From: Octopus sinensis
Lineage: Eukaryota
Direction of reading: 5' to 3'
DNA length: 64,000 nt
Assembly (NCBI RefSeq): GCF_006345805.1
Contig: NW_021832437.1
Span: 2,461-66,460 of the forward strand
A program made the position numbers and the translations under genes. The notes under the pieces were generated by a model that was given only the letters and a program-made list of their open reading frames with translations, made no database searches and had not been told where the DNA came from. Of the stretch, positions 12,550 to 25,378 are shown one piece after another. Position 1 is the stretch's first letter; the number at the start of each line of letters is the position of its first letter.

Positions 12550-13585
12550 AAGTTTGGAGATGATGTACAGGTATTATATATTAGAAAAAATGAGGTAATC
12601 AGATCGGATGGTTCATATTTGTAGATATTTATTTATATATCATATCATTCAGATCATATCATTCGGATTGTTAGCGCTTTCTCCCAATCTAGTGGGGTTT
12701 TCAAATCAAATCAATTCCTTTGTGGGGAATTTGAACATTTTATAGTTTCGTAGTAGTGCGAAAGACGGTATAAGACAGTATAAGAGGGTGAGGAGGAAGT
12801 GAGACAGAGAAAACATGTGTGTATGTGTATGTGTGTGTGTGTATATGTGTGTGTGTGTATGTGTGTGTGTGTGTGTGCGTTTGTATCTGAGAGGGAAGAA
12901 GAAGTGTTATTACCGTTGGCCTACTGGACCTCCTGTGGTTTTATAAGAATTTTGGCTCTGTCCATTTTGGTGTCACTGAGTGTGTGTTGTGCGTAGGTTG
13001 GCCGGACAAATGTCATTTGGGGTCACACTTTCTATGATCATTTTGTGGAGGTGTGTGTGTATGTGTGTGTGTCTCTGTGTGTCCGTGTGTGTTTGTGTGC
13101 GCGCGTGTGTGTGTGTCTCTGTGTGTTTGGAGAAGGGGAGAGAGACAAAAAGAGAAAAGGGAAAAATAAATATAAAAATTAAAAAAAAAAATATAAAAAT
13201 AAAAATATAAAAATAAAAAATAAAAAAAATATAAAAAATAAAAAATAAATAAAAATAAGGGAGGGAGTGGAGAAGAAAAAAATATTTTTGTGTGTTGATA
13301 TTTATACCAATACATATATATACACACACAGACTTATACATAAAATATTTGAAAAAAACCTTTTTATCGGTTCAAAATGAACAACCAAATTATACCATCT
13401 TGAAAATTGTATATCATAGGAAAGTTAAAATTAAAGTGACAATTAAAAGGTAAAGATGGAAGTAAATTATAAAGATAATAATATGATATAATGTATATAA
13501 CAGGCAATACACATATCTATACACACACAGATATATATATACATATATACACATCCAGACATATACTAAATGTTCTACTATATTA

Positions 13586-13845
13586 CCAGTTTCACCTACG
13601 TAATTCTCCTTGCACGTGGGGCAGGTTATGCAGTATATGACGTTCTGCGTCTTGCAGTTCATATCTGCATTTACTTTGAATATGTCACCATTTTAAAATC
13701 TTATCTCTCTGTTGCTCTCTATGTATTTGTAGGTCGGGTTGCTGCAGGTCCCACATCTACCATCTCCGCACTCTTTTGCATGTGTAAGCATGTATATATA
13801 TATATATATAGTGACATTGAAGGACGCATCTTTCGATTTACAATC
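13586..13845 (-). mobile_element. Penelope-like GIY-YIG fragment enclosed by a perfect 80-bp inverted repeat
   Basis: CGDGRCGTC..MNCKTQNVIYCITCPTCKENYVGETGN; 13506-13585 is the exact reverse complement of 13846-13925. Confidence 0.85.
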
Positions 13846-13925
13846 TAATATAGTAGAACATTTAGTATATGTCTGGATGTGTATATATGTATATATATAT
13901 CTGTGTGTGTATAGATATGTGTATT

Positions 13926-14141
13926 AAACCTCAAGGTTTAAAACAACCATAATTTTCGGTTTAAAAAAAAAAAAAAAAAAACTTTTTTTTTTTAGACATT
14001 CATTAGTACAACATCCCCACCCCCCAAATATATGGCACACTAGGCATAACAACAACATGAACTTCCAACCCTGTTGTCTCTTGAGGTCTCTGGGTGAGAC
14101 TTGGAGCCAACTTGTAGAAATATAAAGCAAAAGTCAAACAG
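13926..14141 (+). mobile_element. R4/Dong lineage B, solo 3' UTR
   Basis: Matches 15678-15865; (AAT)n tail. Confidence 0.85.
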
Positions 14142-14166
14142 AATAATAATAATAATAATAATAATA

Positions 14167-14208
<42 letters not shown>

Positions 14209-14210
<2 letters not shown>

Positions 14211-14343
14211 CCATGTCGCGCACATATGGTTGTGATGCATGTGCCTGGTGTACCCTTATCAGACGGGTAGTCATGATGGGTATATTGGCCTTCGTATATT
14301 TTACCCCAGTGTCACTTTGATGGCATGAACTGCTCTCTCACTC
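14209..14343 (+). mobile_element. ORF-less retroposed element, 3' terminal 135 bp
   Basis: Matches 5366-5499; (AAT)n on both sides. Confidence 0.85.
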
Positions 14344-14402
<59 letters not shown>

Positions 14403-14429
14403 TAATAATAATAATAAAAATAATAATAA

Positions 14430-14524
<95 letters not shown>
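14344..14524. repeat. (AAT)n microsatellite with AAAAAT interruptions
   Basis: Read directly from sequence. Confidence 0.97.
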
Positions 14525-14526
<2 letters not shown>

Positions 14527-15863
14527 TGGTCAATTACTGAAATATGTCAGCTCGACAGAAAAATAAGAAAACTGTTGACAATGCATAGAATGCACCACCC
14601 TAAGGCAGATACAGAACGATTTTATCTGCCAAGAAAAGAGAGAGGCCGTGGTCTTTTGCAACTGGCAATAACAATGAAGATTGCTACAATTGGCCTAGAC
14701 ACCTACCTGAAAAAGTCTGAGGACTGGATGTTAAAACTTGTCTCAAATCATGAAAACAAGAAAGCATCATACTCAGTAACAAAACAGGCAAAGGAATATC
14801 TAAGTGAATTCCGAATACAACCAATTTCGGAATTAGAGATAGACATACAGAAAAAGCTAGGCGCATGAAAACCCGTGCCAAAACTGCGGCCTTAGATATT
14901 CTGAATAATAAATGGCAAGAAAAACCTCTCTATGGCAAATACCCAAAGAGAGCGAATAATGCAGATATTGACAAAGCCCTGACCCATCAATGGCTAATGG
15001 CCTCTGGCTTAAAATCTGAAACAGAAGGGTTTATCATAGCAGCTCAAGATCAATGCCTACCAACAAGAAACTACCAGGCCAACATATTAAAGAACGGCAG
15101 TAGCCCAACATGTCGTGTATGTCGACAACAAAATGAAACCATTGATCATGTTGTCTCCAAATGCAGTCTTCTAGCACCTACAGAGTACCTCAACAGACAT
15201 GATAGAGCTGCACAATATATTCACTGGGTAATTTGCAAAAACCTGGATTTGCCCCATGAAAAAAACTGGTGGGAACACAATCCACCTCCAGTGCTTGAAA
15301 ATGACCACATCTCACTCCTCTGGAACTTCACCATTCAAACTGACAGAAAGATAGATGCAAATAAGCCAGACATCATATTGAAAGACTTCAGACAAAGAAC
15401 ATGCCTCCTCATTGATATGACTGTCCCAATCGATATAAACGTATCTGTCAAGACCTACCAAAAACTGAGCATATATAAAGATCTTGAAATAGAAATCAGC
15501 AAAATGTGGAACCTGAAGTCTAAAACAATACCTGTTGTCATAGGTGCCCTGGGAATGATAGCGAAAGGGGCTGATTGCTACCTAACTCAGATACCAGGAA
15601 ACCCCAAAGTGGCAGAAATTCAAAAGATAGTGCTCATGGGAACTGCTCATATCCTACGCAAAATACTCTCTATGTAATCCCAAGGTTTAAAACAAACTTT
15701 TTTTTAATCTATGTATTAGACATTCACTAGTACAACACCAAAAAACCCCCAAATATATGGCACACTAGGCATAACAACAACGTCAACATGCAACCTGTTG
15801 TCTCTTGAGGTCTCGGGGTGAGACTTGGAGCCAACTTGTACAGACATAAAGCAAAAGTCAAAC

Positions 15864-15865
<2 letters not shown>
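14525..15865 (+). mobile_element. R4/Dong lineage B, 5'-truncated, with largely open RT-thumb/CCHC/RLE frame
   Basis: ORFs 14575-14868 and 14865-15677 (CRVC..DHVVSKC, RHD, KPDIILKD..LIDMTVP, GTAHILRKILSM*); (AAT)n on both sides. Confidence 0.93.
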
Positions 15866-15900
<35 letters not shown>

Positions 15901-15955
15901 TAATAATAATAATAATAATAATATAATAATAATAATAATAACAACAACAACAACA

Positions 15956-17084
15956 ACAGCTGGAAAACTACTATAAAATAACCACCATAGGACTGCAAAA
16001 ATACCTACTTCAGAAGGAAGGAAAACTGATCCAGATAGCAGCAAAACACGAGCAAAACAAAAAACTGTTCTCAGTATTTAAGGAAGCTGACAAATACAAA
16101 CAAGAAATCATACCACCTAATAAACACAAAGAAGAAGAAGAAGATGATGAAGAAACAACAAAAGCTATAAAACAAATGAAATCCAAACTAAAAATAGAAC
16201 AGCAACGAGCCATGATAAAACGATGGCAAGAAAAGCCCCTTCATGGTAAATACTGCACTAAACTAAACGCAGAAGAAATAGACAAAGAAAAATCCCAGCA
16301 ATGGTTGAGAAGCTCAGGACTCAAAGCAGAAACAGAGGGATTTTTAATTGCAGCACAAGACCAAAGCCTCCCCACCAGAAATTACCAAAAACATGTAATG
16401 AAAAGAAATATTACAAGTAACTGCAGAATATGTGGAGATGGACAAGAAACAATAAATCATATTATCTCTAGCTGCCCAGTCCTGGCTAAGAAGGAATATA
16501 TTCACAGACATGACAGAGTTGGAACCTACATACATTGGAAGCTATGCCGACATTATGGAATAACAACAGAAAAAAGATGGTATAGGCACACACCAGAAAA
16601 GGTCACAGAAAACGAGAAAGCAACCATACTCTGGGATATGCCGATACACACAGATAGAGAAATTAAGGCCAACAGACCAGATATAGTTGTCAGAGATCAT
16701 GAAGAAAAAAATATTTTCTAATTGATGTATCAATACCGGCAGATGACAACGTGTCTCTAAAAGAAATGGAGAAACTCTCAAAATACAAAGACCTGGAAAT
16801 AGAGGTAACTAGAATGTGGAACCTGAAAACAGAAACAATTCCTATCATAGTAGGTGCATTAGGCATGATAAAAAAATATTCAGACAAATACATAACAAAA
16901 ACACCAGGACTTACAAACACATATAACATACAGAAAATTGCACTACTAGGCACTGCACACATCCTACGCAGAACACTTTCCATACAATAACCATCAGAGC
17001 ATCACAACAAATCACAGCACATACCCAAGGCACACAGAGCTGCGCTCGGTAGTGAAGTGAAAGCACGCTATAAAAATAAAACTA

Positions 17085-17087
<3 letters not shown>
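15956..17087 (+). mobile_element. R4/Dong lineage A, 5'-truncated young copy
   Basis: Near-identical to 3813-4944; flanked by (AAC/AAT)n and (AAT)n. Confidence 0.95.
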
Positions 17088-17134
<47 letters not shown>

Positions 17135-17151
17135 GAACAACAACAACAACA

Positions 17152-18753
17152 ACACTTTCTGCAGTCCTACGCAAAATCAACGTACACTATGAGCTGAGAA
17201 AGAATGGATCTCGTCTCAAATACATTCTCTTCATGGATGATTTAAAACTGTTCGCAAAAAACAGAGCCTGAAATGGAGAAGCTGGTTGAAACAGTGTAAA
17301 TGTGCAGCATGAATATAGGGATGGAATTCGGTGTCTCGAAATGTGCGGTGCTTACTTTGAAGCGGACGGAAAGAGTAAGGTGTAGGGGCATAGAAGTGCC
17401 AAACGGAGAGAGAATGGAAGACCCGGATGGTGATGGGTAGAAGTACCTTAGGACCTTGGAGCTGGAAAATATCTTGCACAAAGAAATGAAAGACAAGGTA
17501 ATCACTGCATCTTTCAAACGCCTTAAACTTCTCTTGAAATCAAAACTCAACTCAAGGAACCTTGTGACTGCCATCCACATATGGGCGGTTGCTGTAGTCC
17601 ACTATAGTGCACCCATCATGAAATGGACACAAGCGGAGATTGACCAACATGATCGCACTACCCGAAAGACAATGACAATGCATGGTGCCCTCCACCCTAA
17701 GGCGAATGTACACATGCTCTACATGAAGAGAGGTAAAGGTGGACGTGGGCTAGTTAGCGTACGGGAGTGCATCAACTGTGAAAGAAGAAATAAGACCTCC
17801 TACAGTATGCTGCTAGAGCAGAAGGAGTTAACAAAAATAGACTTGAGAGCGCTCATGAATTCCGATCAAGAACAGCCAACGAGAAAGAAGAAATCATACT
17901 CCGTAAGGAATTACATGGCCAGTTCCACCGTGAAACCAACAAATTAAAAGACCAGGAAGCATCATGGAGGTAGCTCAGCAAGGGTGACCTAAAAAAGAAT
18001 AGTGAAAGCGTCATCATCGCTGTCCAGCAGCAGGCATTGAATACCAGCTCAGTGGAAAAGAATATACACCACACAAGTGTATCGGGCCTCTGCAAAATGT
18101 GTGGGAAGAGGGTCGAAAGCGTGACTCACATTGTTAGTGCTTGTGAAAGCCTTGCGCAGAAAGAGTACAAGCGTAGACACGACAAGGTAGCCCCAAACCT
18201 CCACTGGCTACCTTGACGTAAGTATGGATATGAGGTTACAGGTGCTTGGTACCAACACACACCGGAAAAGTGATGGACGAAAAGGGGAAGGCAAAAGTCC
18301 TCTAGGACTTTAACCTTCAGAGATACAAGGTGTTACAATACCGAAGGCCGGATATAGTAACCTTTAGGAGGGACAAACAAGAGTACCTAATTGACGTGAC
18401 AATGCCAGGAGATCAACATATCATGAAAGAGAAAAGGTTGATAAATATGGAAACCTGAGAATTGCGATCGCTAAGATGTGGCAGCTACGATAGTTAAACA
18501 TAAAGGTTATCCCAACAGTCATCGGAGCATTGCGTTCAATACCACTCAATCTGAAAAAACAAACTAACAAAAACATCTTAAAACCTTAGAAAAACATCTG
18601 AAAACCTAGATGTATTGCCAAAGTCGGGATTACTTGGAACTTCACGCATATGTCTGTTTGAGGTCTTTGTTGTGACTTGACAAACAATACAAACCCTGGT
18701 AGACACACTATATTCATTCAACAACCTCATGATATAGCATACTGTGCGACGTT

Positions 18754-18754
<1 letters not shown>
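17152..18754 (+). mobile_element. R4/Dong lineage F, 5'-truncated and decayed
   Basis: LFMDDLKLFAK, YMKRGKGGRGL, CKMC..THIVSAC, YKRRHDKV, RPDIV, VIGALRS; distinct 3' UTR ending gcgacgttt then (AAT)n. Confidence 0.87.
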
Positions 18755-18843
<89 letters not shown>

Positions 18844-18845
18844 TA

Positions 18846-19373
18846 GATGTCTTGATTCAGTGCGAGGCAGTGGCTCTCATGGCTTTTAATCTTATCTGAT
18901 TGGAAGTGTTATCATGTACATTGTTCTGTCTTGGTATAAAAGATGGTCTACAGCAAATATTCTGCTCAATACCCTAGATTTGCATGTCAGTTGTTTGACC
19001 ATAACCAGTTGAGCATGTCCCTTAGTGGCTGACGATATGTGCATTTCTGCTCACGAGCAGAAGTAAGGGAGGAACTTCATAGCCATGTGTCGAGAGGAAT
19101 TCTTTGAGGGCTTGAATAATTTACCTTTGGAAACATGGGTGTTTCGTTCAACATCCTTAAACAACTCTTATTCAGGGACCTTTTGAGTAGGATGGGTTAC
19201 TCGACCTGAAAAATTCTAGCTGCGCCCCACCTGCAAGGTCATACGCTGTATATTTTGATATGTGATGCATGTGCCTGATGTACCCATATTAGACGGGTAG
19301 TCATGATGGGTATACTGGGCTTCGTATATTTTACCCAAGTGTCACTTTGATGGCATACACTGCTCTCTCACTC
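18846..19373 (+). mobile_element. ORF-less retroposed element, longest copy (~530 bp)
   Basis: Homologous to 5014-5499 with an internal deletion; (AAT)n on both sides. Confidence 0.85.
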
Positions 19374-19406
<33 letters not shown>

Positions 19407-19749
19407 TTCGGCTATGCTGCTACTGCTGCTGCTCACGATGAAAAAAAAAAAATAAATAATAATAATAATAAGAAGAAGACGAGGAAAAGGGGAGGAGCGG
19501 GTGGATGAAGTCTTTCTTTTACTGATAAGGGCTTAAGACTGTTAGGATAATATCAAATGAAATACAGCAGAAAAAGGGCGAAAGAACAATAAGAAAGATA
19601 AAACAAATGATATAAAAATAGAATTCAGAAAAAGTAATAAACAAATCTGATTCCTGTTGCAGAATATTTCACATCAACCAATTTGGTTGATACCCTACAA
19701 AAATAAGACCTGAATTACTCTGCCGTCTGCAAGGTAATGAAAGTGTTCT

Positions 19750-21170
19750 CTTTCAGTTTCTTTCTTACTACTTAGAAAAAAATCATACTCAGAGTCCATT
19801 AAGACTCCCCAGTCTTGCCACTCTCATCCATCTACCGTTTGGCGAACACTTTAGGTGGTCTCTCCCTCTCTGCCCTCACCTTACTCTTCAAATGGTACTA
19901 GATGTAATAGATGAAAACGTAACTAGATAGTAAAATGCCTTTCTTCCAACTACACAAACAAGTTCACCATAGAAACTCTTTGACTACAGCTACAAAGCAG
20001 CGAAAGATTTGCCTTCCTTTCCTACCAAAAGTTGGTGGTGCATCAATCTTTACGATTGGTTCGCTGGAGAATCAGTTTCCTTCTGCATGAGATAGCAGCC
20101 ATTCGACACATTCCTACAAATCGGTAATGCACGGACAATAAATGATGGTGTGCAAATGGTTTCGTCCGACTGCCAGCATTTTGAACAAGTTCGGCCAACA
20201 GGCAATATCCCCTATGGCATTGCTCTGCAAAGGGCTTCTGGAAGCTGCCCGTTGTCCCTGACCTGAAAATGCGTACTCTGAGTATTCTCGCCAATTCCCA
20301 GAGTCGATCCGAGCCAATCGTTTCTTATACCCTCAACCCTTAAAGAAATTTAGTGCTGCTTTTTTACTGTGCAACGTGGCAGAAGATGCGCTGCTCCTCA
20401 TACCTCTTGCTGTTTGGCATCCCTTTGCTCTACAGCTGTGCTCGTCTACTTTGGCGGAGAACGGAGGGAATCTTCTTTTATTTTTATTTTCCTATCTGTC
20501 TCCGATAGTATTCAACCAGCGGACATTTTCTGTCACCTCCTCATCCTTATGGATGATGGGGAGGTGCATGTTTGGTTATAACCTTCGGCTTCCTGTTCGT
20601 TGCTTGGAACCGAGGTAGCAACAATTTCTAAATAGCTTTAGACCTTTATTATTTTGCAGCGATAGAGTGGTAAAGAGACTGAAGAACTAAGTAGAATAGA
20701 AAGAGGTCTCAGAAATGTAAGCTCGAAACACGAAAACCGTTCATTCATCAAAGTATACAACTTGCGTATGATGGACAAACTGAATATTAATCTGAAGTTG
20801 CCAGCATTTCCCCTTGCTGCTTCTGCCTTTCTGACACAATACTGCTCTGCCTCTGGTCAACCAGCTTGAAGGTTGTGTATGCCTTTCAATTAATATGTAT
20901 AATTGTTTCACTATCCTTTCGTGGCATTCAGCAAATTTCTTCACACAATACCACTCACCTGAACTCCATTTCAGCTTGCTACTTTCCAGTTGCTCATCTT
21001 TCTACATACACATTGAAATATTCCTTGCTTCTTTTTGCAGAGTGGATTTATACCATTTTTTTTCGGGTTACTTAGCCACTGTGCATTAGTGTAGCGTGTT
21101 TCTTCTGTCCTCCATATCTTGATGTGAAAGAATTAACTGGGCAATAACAACACCATTAATAATAGTTGAA
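19750..21170 (-). mobile_element. Heavily decayed R4/Dong-like remnant
   Basis: WLTRGRAVLCQKG (RT domain 1-like) near 20850 and a decayed CCHC region near 20130-20300; many lesions, boundaries poor. Confidence 0.5.
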
Positions 21171-21384
21171 GGTAAGTTAATCATGTAGAATTTTGAAGTG
21201 GAAAATTTAAGAAGATTTTTTCAAGTAAATGGGAGCAACGGATTCATTGTGCTAATGAATTACATCAGACTTATATTTGGGGGTCTCCAGCTATTGACAA
21301 TAAACTACAGCTACTTTCATCCCCTCTGTATGGACGTTCATCAAACTGTAAATGACCACGAGATTGAGCAGACGATATTTTTAG

Positions 21385-21845
21385 CAGAGTTGTAGAGGAA
21401 AAGGGAATTCTATAGGTTTGACGTCCTGAGACGAAGGGATAGGAATAAGGCTTAAAACAGAGTATTCGGGATGAGAAGACGCAATACAGGCGACGGGGGA
21501 AAGGATTAACGAATAACTTTGCTTCAAGTTTACATTACTTTCATTTCTTTTTAATGAAAGTGTTTTGCTCGTAGCATGTTCTTTGTAGCCGTCAAATGAT
21601 TAGAGAAAGAATAAAAGGATTTTGTGTGACAAAGCTTAAAGCGTTGTGGGTGTGTGATAATCACGTGATTTTATGAAGGATGTGCAGTCAAGGATATCAC
21701 AAGCGGAACGACAATAACAGCAGCAACAGTAGCCTTCTATTCAGATCATATCTTATGCTTTCTAGACATTCAGTAATTGTTCAGGGAGTGTTTGTATGTT
21801 AAATATGATGTATTTTCTGTGTTATTCGCTTCAGTCATTCGCACA
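21385..21845. repeat. Old dispersed repeat, copy 2
   Basis: Homologous to 11600-12060. Confidence 0.6.
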
Positions 21846-22016
21846 AACACACACACACACGCGCGCGCACGCGCATTTATGTTCAATAGTGTAAAAGAAA
21901 AACGGAAACAAATGTGAAGTATTATTCAAAGGACTTGTAAATATATTGAATGTCTCTTCAGATATGAACATTCGAGAGATATGTGCTGTGTCATTCGTCT
22001 TGGTGTATTTGCACTC

Positions 22017-22087
22017 ACATACATACATACATACATACATACATACATACATACATACACACACACACATACATACATACACATACA

Positions 22088-22119
<32 letters not shown>

Positions 22120-22126
22120 CACACAC

Positions 22127-22157
<31 letters not shown>

Positions 22158-22585
22158 CATACATACATACATACATACATACATACATACATACGTTCAT
22201 ACGTATACACTCACATGCACACAGACACATACACACGTACATGTGTATGTATGTATATATATATGTGTTTGTACGTTTATACCTACGTCCAGTCGTGGAA
22301 AGGAACGGAAAACAGATGAGAAATAGTATTCAACTGACTTGTAGATATATCGTTTGTCTCCTCAAAAAAATTCGTTGCATTTCAGAAATGAATACCTTAA
22401 ATGAACCACGCGCAAGTTTGCAATTTATGTGTATATATACACACAAACACACACACACATACATAAATAAACACACAAACACACACACATACATCCGTAT
22501 ATACATACATACATACATACATACATACATACATACATACATACATACATACATACATACATCCATAAGCACATATATACAAACA
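22017..22585. repeat. (ATAC)n and (AC)n arrays
   Basis: Read directly from sequence. Confidence 0.93.
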
Positions 22586-22686
22586 AAAATACCCTGTTGA
22601 TGTTGAAATTCCAATGGAGGAATCTTGGATCTAGGTTAGAAACCGGTTCTTTATTGACAAGAAAGCTTGAAATAAACTGAATAATC
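22586..22686 (+). mobile_element. Lineage C 3'-terminal ~100-bp module (ccctgttgatgttgaaattcc...ctgaataat)
   Basis: Same module at 25258, 36590, 57590 and 58330, always after (ATAC)n. Confidence 0.8.
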
Positions 22687-22732
22687 ATCATTTACATTTG
22701 ACGGATATTTGTCCTAATCTTGTTTGTTGTTA

Positions 22733-22776
22733 ACACAACGTTTCGGTTCATATAACCTCCAGCCTTCATCAGGTGT
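22733..22776 (-). ncRNA. Minimal type-I hammerhead ribozyme motif (ACGT palindromic stem III) in a PLE-type terminal repeat
   Basis: ACAC-CTGATGA-A-GGCTG..AACC-GAA-ACGT-T-GTGT; stem I is 4 bp; stem II is imperfect in this copy. Confidence 0.55.
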
Positions 22777-22837
22777 CTTGGGGAAATTTCGAACTTGGGT
22801 TCTCAATCCTAAGGTATTTTTCGATGTTTCTGTGCTC

Positions 22838-23660
22838 TACCCTTATTGCAGCCCCTATTTGTTCCTCGTACTTCTCGAGATTTTTGCTCACTGTTCCCAG
22901 GGCTCCGACAATTATTGGTACTACTGCTACCTTTTTCATCGACCACAAATCTTAACTTCCCAAGCTAACCTGTCATATCTCTCGACTTTTCTTTCTTCAT
23001 TATCGCATACCTTGTTGTCAGCTGGGTATGCTATGTCTATAATCCAGCATAGTTTGTTTTCTTCCACAATTAAGACTATGTCCGGCTTCTTATTCTCAAT
23101 CTCATGGTCACACTGAATCATAAAATCTCAGAGGATCTTTGCATTTTTATTTTCGACGATGCCTTCGGGATGTGGTCGTACCAATTTTTTGCTCTGTCAA
23201 GTCCATACTTGTTGCAGAGTGTCCAATGGACAAGCCTGGCTAATGGCGTCTCTTATATTCCTTCTGGGCTAGTGGCGTACATTGGCTGGTAATATGCCAT
23301 ACTGTTTCACCGTTTTGTCCACAGATTCTGCACTTATCACTTTCTGCTGTGTTGTCTATTTTGTATTTTATGTAGTTTGTTCTTAGTACTTGCTCCTGAG
23401 CAGCACAGATTAGAGCCTCCGTTTCCGGTTTTAAATCCCTTTTAGTCATCCACAGCTATCTATTTTCTCCGTCTGTCTTATCTTCAAAATCCCTATGAAA
23501 TTGACCAAGCATTATTTTCTTTACCCACCTATTTTCAGTTTCATGCATTTTCAATTTCTTGTATAGTGCTTTATCTTTGTAATCTTTCATCCTACACAAG
23601 CCTCACCTTCTTACTTCTAATAATAGCGGTTCTGTGGCATTTTTTTACATACCATGCTAT
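22838..23660 (-). mobile_element. R4/Dong lineage D fragment
   Basis: LKPETEALICAAQEQ, CRICGQNGETVWHI, YKRRH, KPDIVLIV..IIDIAYP. Confidence 0.88.
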
Positions 23661-23691
23661 TATTATTATTATTAATATTATTATTATTATT

Positions 23692-24503
23692 GTCATTTAC
23701 TTTTAATCTGCATGTTTGATGCAATCACCTGCCGGGGCACACCCAGCGCCCTAGGGCAAGTGAAGGTTAAGAGTTGTTGAAATATAGCTGAAAGCTTGGG
23801 GAGGGGAAGTAGAGATATATCTCCATGTAATGCAAACACAAACATTTACATTGATAGGGTTTTTCTAAGGATGTGGGCAGTACTTGTTAGCACAATCTTT
23901 TGGATTTCCTTGAGACATGGTTTTCCAGGGATATTGTCTAGGTGTTTCTGACATCCCTTTTTTATCATACCTAGGGCACCTACAATAACAGGAACAGTTT
24001 TTGTTTTAAGATTCCACATCCTCTGTATTTCGATTTCCAGGTCCTTATATTTACTAAGTTTGTCAAATTCCTTTACAGATACATTTTTATCAGTGGGGAC
24101 GCTTACTTCTATTAGTCTGCAGGTATTTTCTTCCCTGTCTTTAACAATTATGTCTGGTCGCTTGGCCTTGATCGTTCTGTCAGTGTTGACTGGAAAATCC
24201 CAGAGGATGGTGACATCTTTACCTTCAACACCTGGCTGAGGATGGTGTTCATACCAGTTAGTAGGAGTGTCGGATTTGTAGTGTTTACATATCTTCCAAT
24301 GTATATACTGTCCTACCCTATCGTGGCGATTTTTGTATTCGTTTGGTGTCAGCACAGGACATCCCGAAACGAGATGGTCTATTGTTTCGTCAAATGTGTC
24401 ACAGAATCTGCATTTAGGGTCAGTACCGTTTCGGAGAACGTTAGCCTGGTAATTTCTGGTAAACAAGCTTTGATCTTGTGCTGCCATTATGAAGCCTTCA
24501 GTC
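23692..24503 (-). mobile_element. R4/Dong lineage G, 5'-truncated, intact CCHC-RLE frame
   Basis: ORF 24487-23846 (AAQDQ, CRFC..HLVSGC, RHD, RPDIIVKD..LIEVSVP, TAHILRKTLSM*); own 3' UTR; (AAT)n on both sides on the element strand. Confidence 0.93.
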
Positions 24504-24553
<50 letters not shown>

Positions 24554-24565
24554 TTATTATTATTA

Positions 24566-24611
<46 letters not shown>

Positions 24612-24615
<4 letters not shown>

Positions 24616-24690
24616 TCACTGCCTGGAATCGAACTCAGAATCTTGGGGTTAGTAACCCGCGCTCTTAACCACTACGCCATATCCCCATGG
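24612..24690 (-). mobile_element. Short tRNA-like retroposon (~80 nt) fused directly to an (AAT)n tail
   Basis: Minus strand: A box TGGCGTAGTGG, stem-loop gggttactaaccc, B box GAGTTCGATTC, then gtgacctg(AAT)n. Confidence 0.7.
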
Positions 24691-24781
24691 GTGTATGACG
24701 TAGTGGTTAACAAACATACATACATACATACATACATGCATACATACATACATGCATACATAATGCTTATATTTATACATA

Positions 24782-25378
24782 CGTAATTTGGGATAGAGAA
24801 AAGAAACTGCACAGTTGTGAAAATTAGCTGCCCAGCGGATGTTAACATAAAGCTGAAGATCAGTGAAAATGAGAATACCTACGCTGAACTATTGAGAAAT
24901 CTGCAATTACTCTATCCAGATTACTAGTTCAGGTTTATACCTATAATTATTGGAGCCCTGGGATACGTAACACAGTGCCGAAATACCTATCTTAAGAAAT
25001 TAGACTTTTCAATACCAGAAAGGAGGAAGCTAATTCGAAGACTGCAGATCCAATCTATCACTGGAACTGTAAAAATCTGGTAAACTTTCCAGAAGTTTTT
25101 CACTTATATATATATGCAACTATATGCATGAGAATACATACATAAAACATACAAATCTGCACATCCATCCATCCATCCATCCATCCGTGCATCCATCCAT
25201 TCATACATACATACATACATACATACATACATACATACATACATACATACATACATACCCTATTGTTGATGTTGAAATTTCAATGAAGGAGCCTTGGATC
25301 TAGGTTAGAAACCAATTCTTTGTCTATTGGCAAGAAATATTGAAATATACTGAATAATAACATATATTCATACATACA
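24782..25378 (+). mobile_element. R4/Dong-like lineage C (ATAC-associated), RLE C-terminus and 3' UTR
   Basis: IWDREKK..KISCPADVNIKLKISENENTYAELLRNLQLLYPDY..IIIGALGYV; ATAC repeats at the 5' junction, inside the UTR and at the 3' end. Confidence 0.85.

Noticed and set aside
24612-24690. Functional tRNA gene
   Set aside because: The acceptor stem does not pair and the unit runs into an (AAT)n tail; treated as a SINE-like copy.
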